A DNA stretch of 32,000 nucleotides from Candidatus Saccharimonadota bacterium (GTDB taxonomy: Bacteria > Patescibacteriota > Patescibacteriia > 2-12-FULL-60-25), in assembly GCA_963718585.1 (NCBI GenBank), contig OY970357.1, forward strand, positions 180,001-212,000, in the 5' to 3' direction. This document shows positions 30,694 to 32,000 of the stretch, in pieces. Each line of letters opens with the position of its first letter. Position 1 is the stretch's first letter. Below the pieces are notes generated by a model, which worked only from the letters and a program-made list of their open reading frames with translations, did no database searches and was not told where the DNA came from. The position numbers and the translations under genes were made by a program.

Positions 30694-30770
30694 GCGGCCG
30701 TAGCTCAGCTGGATAGAGCGCCTCCCTGCGAAGGAGGAGGTCAGACGTTCGAATCGTCTCGGTCGCACCA
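30694..30770 (+). tRNA. tRNA-Arg (anticodon GCG), CCA encoded
   Basis: GCGGCCG-ta-GCTC-AGCTGGATA-GAGC-g-CCTCC-CTGCGAA-GGAGG-AGGTC-AGACG-TTCGAAT-CGTCT-CGGTCGC-A-CCA. The anticodon loop CT-GCG-AA gives GCG. Confidence 0.9.
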
Positions 30771-30776
30771 GAGGGA

Positions 30777-30801
30777 AGGCCCGCCAAATGGCGGGTCTTT
30801 T
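30777..30801 (+). terminator. rho-independent terminator after tRNA-Arg (AGGCCCGCC-aaat-GGCGGGTCT + TTT)
   Basis: 9-bp stem (one G-U pair), 4-nt loop and a U-tract. Confidence 0.75.
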
Positions 30802-30820
30802 CGTATCGAACTCGTCACGG

Positions 30821-30849
30821 TTTACGGATGAGGCACAGCGCGTTAGGTT
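30821..30849 (+). promoter_or_regulatory. promoter TTTACG-17 nt-TAGGTT for mscS
   Basis: TTTACG (30821-30826), a 17-nt spacer, TAGGTT (30844-30849), then 8 nt to the ATG at 30858. This is the same leaderless spacing seen at four other genes. Confidence 0.4.
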
Positions 30850-30857
30850 ACAGGCGT

Positions 30858-31715
30858 ATGAATCTTGATCCGATCTCTGCGGCCATGCCGTGGTTCACCA
30901 TCTGGTGGGTACGCATCCTCCTCATCCTCGCCGGGGCGTACGTCGCCAAACGCATCGTGCATGCATCCCTCGCACGCGTCATCCGTAAGTTGGTCCGTCC
31001 GGACGCGTATGCGTCGAAAGAGGCGGAGGTCAAGCGCGAGGATACGCTCATCAAGGTCTTCTCCACGACCTTCAACGTCGTCTTCTGGCTCATCGTCCTC
31101 ATGCTCGTGCTTTCCGAGCTCGGGTTGGACATCGCGCCGCTCATCGCCGGTGCGGGCATCGTCGGGATCGCCGTGGGATTCGGCGGACAGTATCTGATCC
31201 GTGACATCCTGAGCGGACTCTTCATCATCATCGAGAATCAATACCGCGTGGGAGATGTCGTGAAGATCGACGAGGTGAGTGGCGTGGTGGAAGACATCAA
31301 TCTCCGCGTGACGATCCTGCGCGACCTCGACGGGACCGTGCACACGATCCCGAATGGGGAAGTATCGATCTCGTCGAACATGTCCCGCGACTTCGCCCGT
31401 GTGAATCTGGTGATCGGTGTCGGATATGACGCGGAGCTTTCAAAGGTCTCCGAGATCATGAATGCGGTCGGGAAAGAACTTGCAGAGGACCCGGTATACA
31501 AGGATGCGATCCGGAGCGCGCCGATGTTCGTCCGCGTAGAGGAATTCGCGGATTCCGCGGTCATGATCCGCGTCCTCGGCGATGTCGCTCCGCTCAAGCA
31601 ATGGGACGTGGCCGGGGAATACCGCCGTCGGCTTAAGACTGCCTTTGATCAGGAGGGGATCGAGATCCCATTTCCCCAACGCGTGGTCCATCTCCGGAAC
31701 GCGCCAAGCGCCTGA
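30858..31715 (+). CDS. mscS: small-conductance mechanosensitive channel (MscS family)
   Basis: TM helices followed by the MscS core GFGGQYLIRDILSGLFIIIENQYRVGDVVKIDEVSGVVEDINLRVTILRDLDGTVHTIPNGEV. Alternative in-frame ATG at 30828. Confidence 0.9.
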   Translation: MNLDPISAAMPWFTIWWVRILLILAGAYVAKRIVHASLARVIRKLVRPDAYASKEAEVKREDTLIKVFSTTFNVVFWLIVLMLVLSELGLDIAPLIAGAGIVGIAVGFGGQYLIRDILSGLFIIIENQYRVGDVVKIDEVSGVVEDINLRVTILRDLDGTVHTIPNGEVSISSNMSRDFARVNLVIGVGYDAELSKVSEIMNAVGKELAEDPVYKDAIRSAPMFVRVEEFADSAVMIRVLGDVAPLKQWDVAGEYRRRLKTAFDQEGIEIPFPQRVVHLRNAPSA

Positions 31716-31754
31716 CGGTTTGGCCAAATCCGTGCGGTTCGGTACTGTCTTGGC

Positions 31755-32000
31755 ATGCTGAATTGGTCGGACCCCGTCTCCTTCATCCACGGGCTCTCGC
31801 CGCAGGCGCGCAAGGCCCTGAAGACGCTCGAGCTTGAGACCGTAGGGGCGCTTTTGGATACCTTTCCGCGCCGATACGACGACTACTCCCATGTGACACC
31901 GATCGCGCAGGCGCCGACCGGCGAACCGGTGACCGTGCGCGCGACCGTGCAGGAACTCAAGGCGGCGCCGACATTCCGTCGTCGCATCGCCATCATCAAA
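31755..32000 (+). CDS. recG: ATP-dependent DNA helicase RecG, N-terminal part (runs off the window)
   Basis: Own translation: MLNWSDPVSFIHGLSPQARKALKTLELETVGALLDTFPRRYDDYSHVTPIAQAPTGEPVTVRATV… This matches the RecG N-terminus/wedge-domain pattern (G.. ….L..LGI.TV.DLL..FPRRYED… I..L..GE.VTV.G.V). Confidence 0.75.
   Translation, partial: MLNWSDPVSFIHGLSPQARKALKTLELETVGALLDTFPRRYDDYSHVTPIAQAPTGEPVTVRATVQELKAAPTFRRRIAIIK

Noticed and set aside
1-32000. CRISPR arrays, rRNA genes, transposases, toxin-antitoxin pairs
   Set aside because: No regularly spaced direct repeats, no rRNA-like conserved stretches and no DDE, serine or tyrosine recombinase motifs were seen on either strand.

Overview
High-GC, gene-dense bacterial chromosome segment using the standard code (TGA, TAA and TAG all act as stops). 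No rRNA, CRISPR array, integrase or transposase is visible. The gene content suggests a CPR/Patescibacteria-like (Parcubacteria- or Saccharibacteria-type) or other monoderm-type genome; this placement is inference only. Supporting content: an LCP wall-polymer ligase, a Gram-positive-type PrgI/VirB4 module, competence genes dprA/comFC/recG, and several small membrane proteins without recognisable domains. Left to right: dprA (partial), pth, der and an LCP protein on the minus strand. Next comes a six-gene plus-strand T4SS-like operon (4150-12775): a VirB6-like protein with a long tail, a 596-aa unknown, a PrgI/VirB3-like protein, a protein resembling a VirB4 N-terminal domain alone, VirB4, and a VirB8-like candidate. 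This is followed by comFC, a frameshifted cupin and an ICMT-family methyltransferase. A roughly 2-kb low-GC island (about 14850-16867) carries an orphan 254-aa gene and a twice-frameshifted secreted Cys-rich repeat protein. tRNA-Ser(GCT) follows, with a 17-bp duplicate of its 3' end 184 bp downstream, then a PAP2 phosphatase. A long minus-strand block holds cyoABCDE (quinol-oxidase type), a MarR-controlled heterodimeric ABC exporter, and an apbE/FMN-binding/three-repeat secreted protein/frameshifted DoxX-DUF417-like module. The window ends with tRNA-Ser(TGA), a small membrane protein, tRNA-Arg(GCG), mscS and recG (partial). Recurrent non-coding signals are: a TGGTATACT extended -10 box, -10 boxes 7-9 nt upstream of ATGs (leaderless mRNAs), a dispersed hairpin with a GARCGAAGYGA core, and homologous leaders of about 105-110 nt upstream of both tRNA-Ser genes. 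The T4SS-like operon set among competence genes is the best candidate for a poorly understood system. All calls come from reading the sequence and translations by eye; no database search was run.
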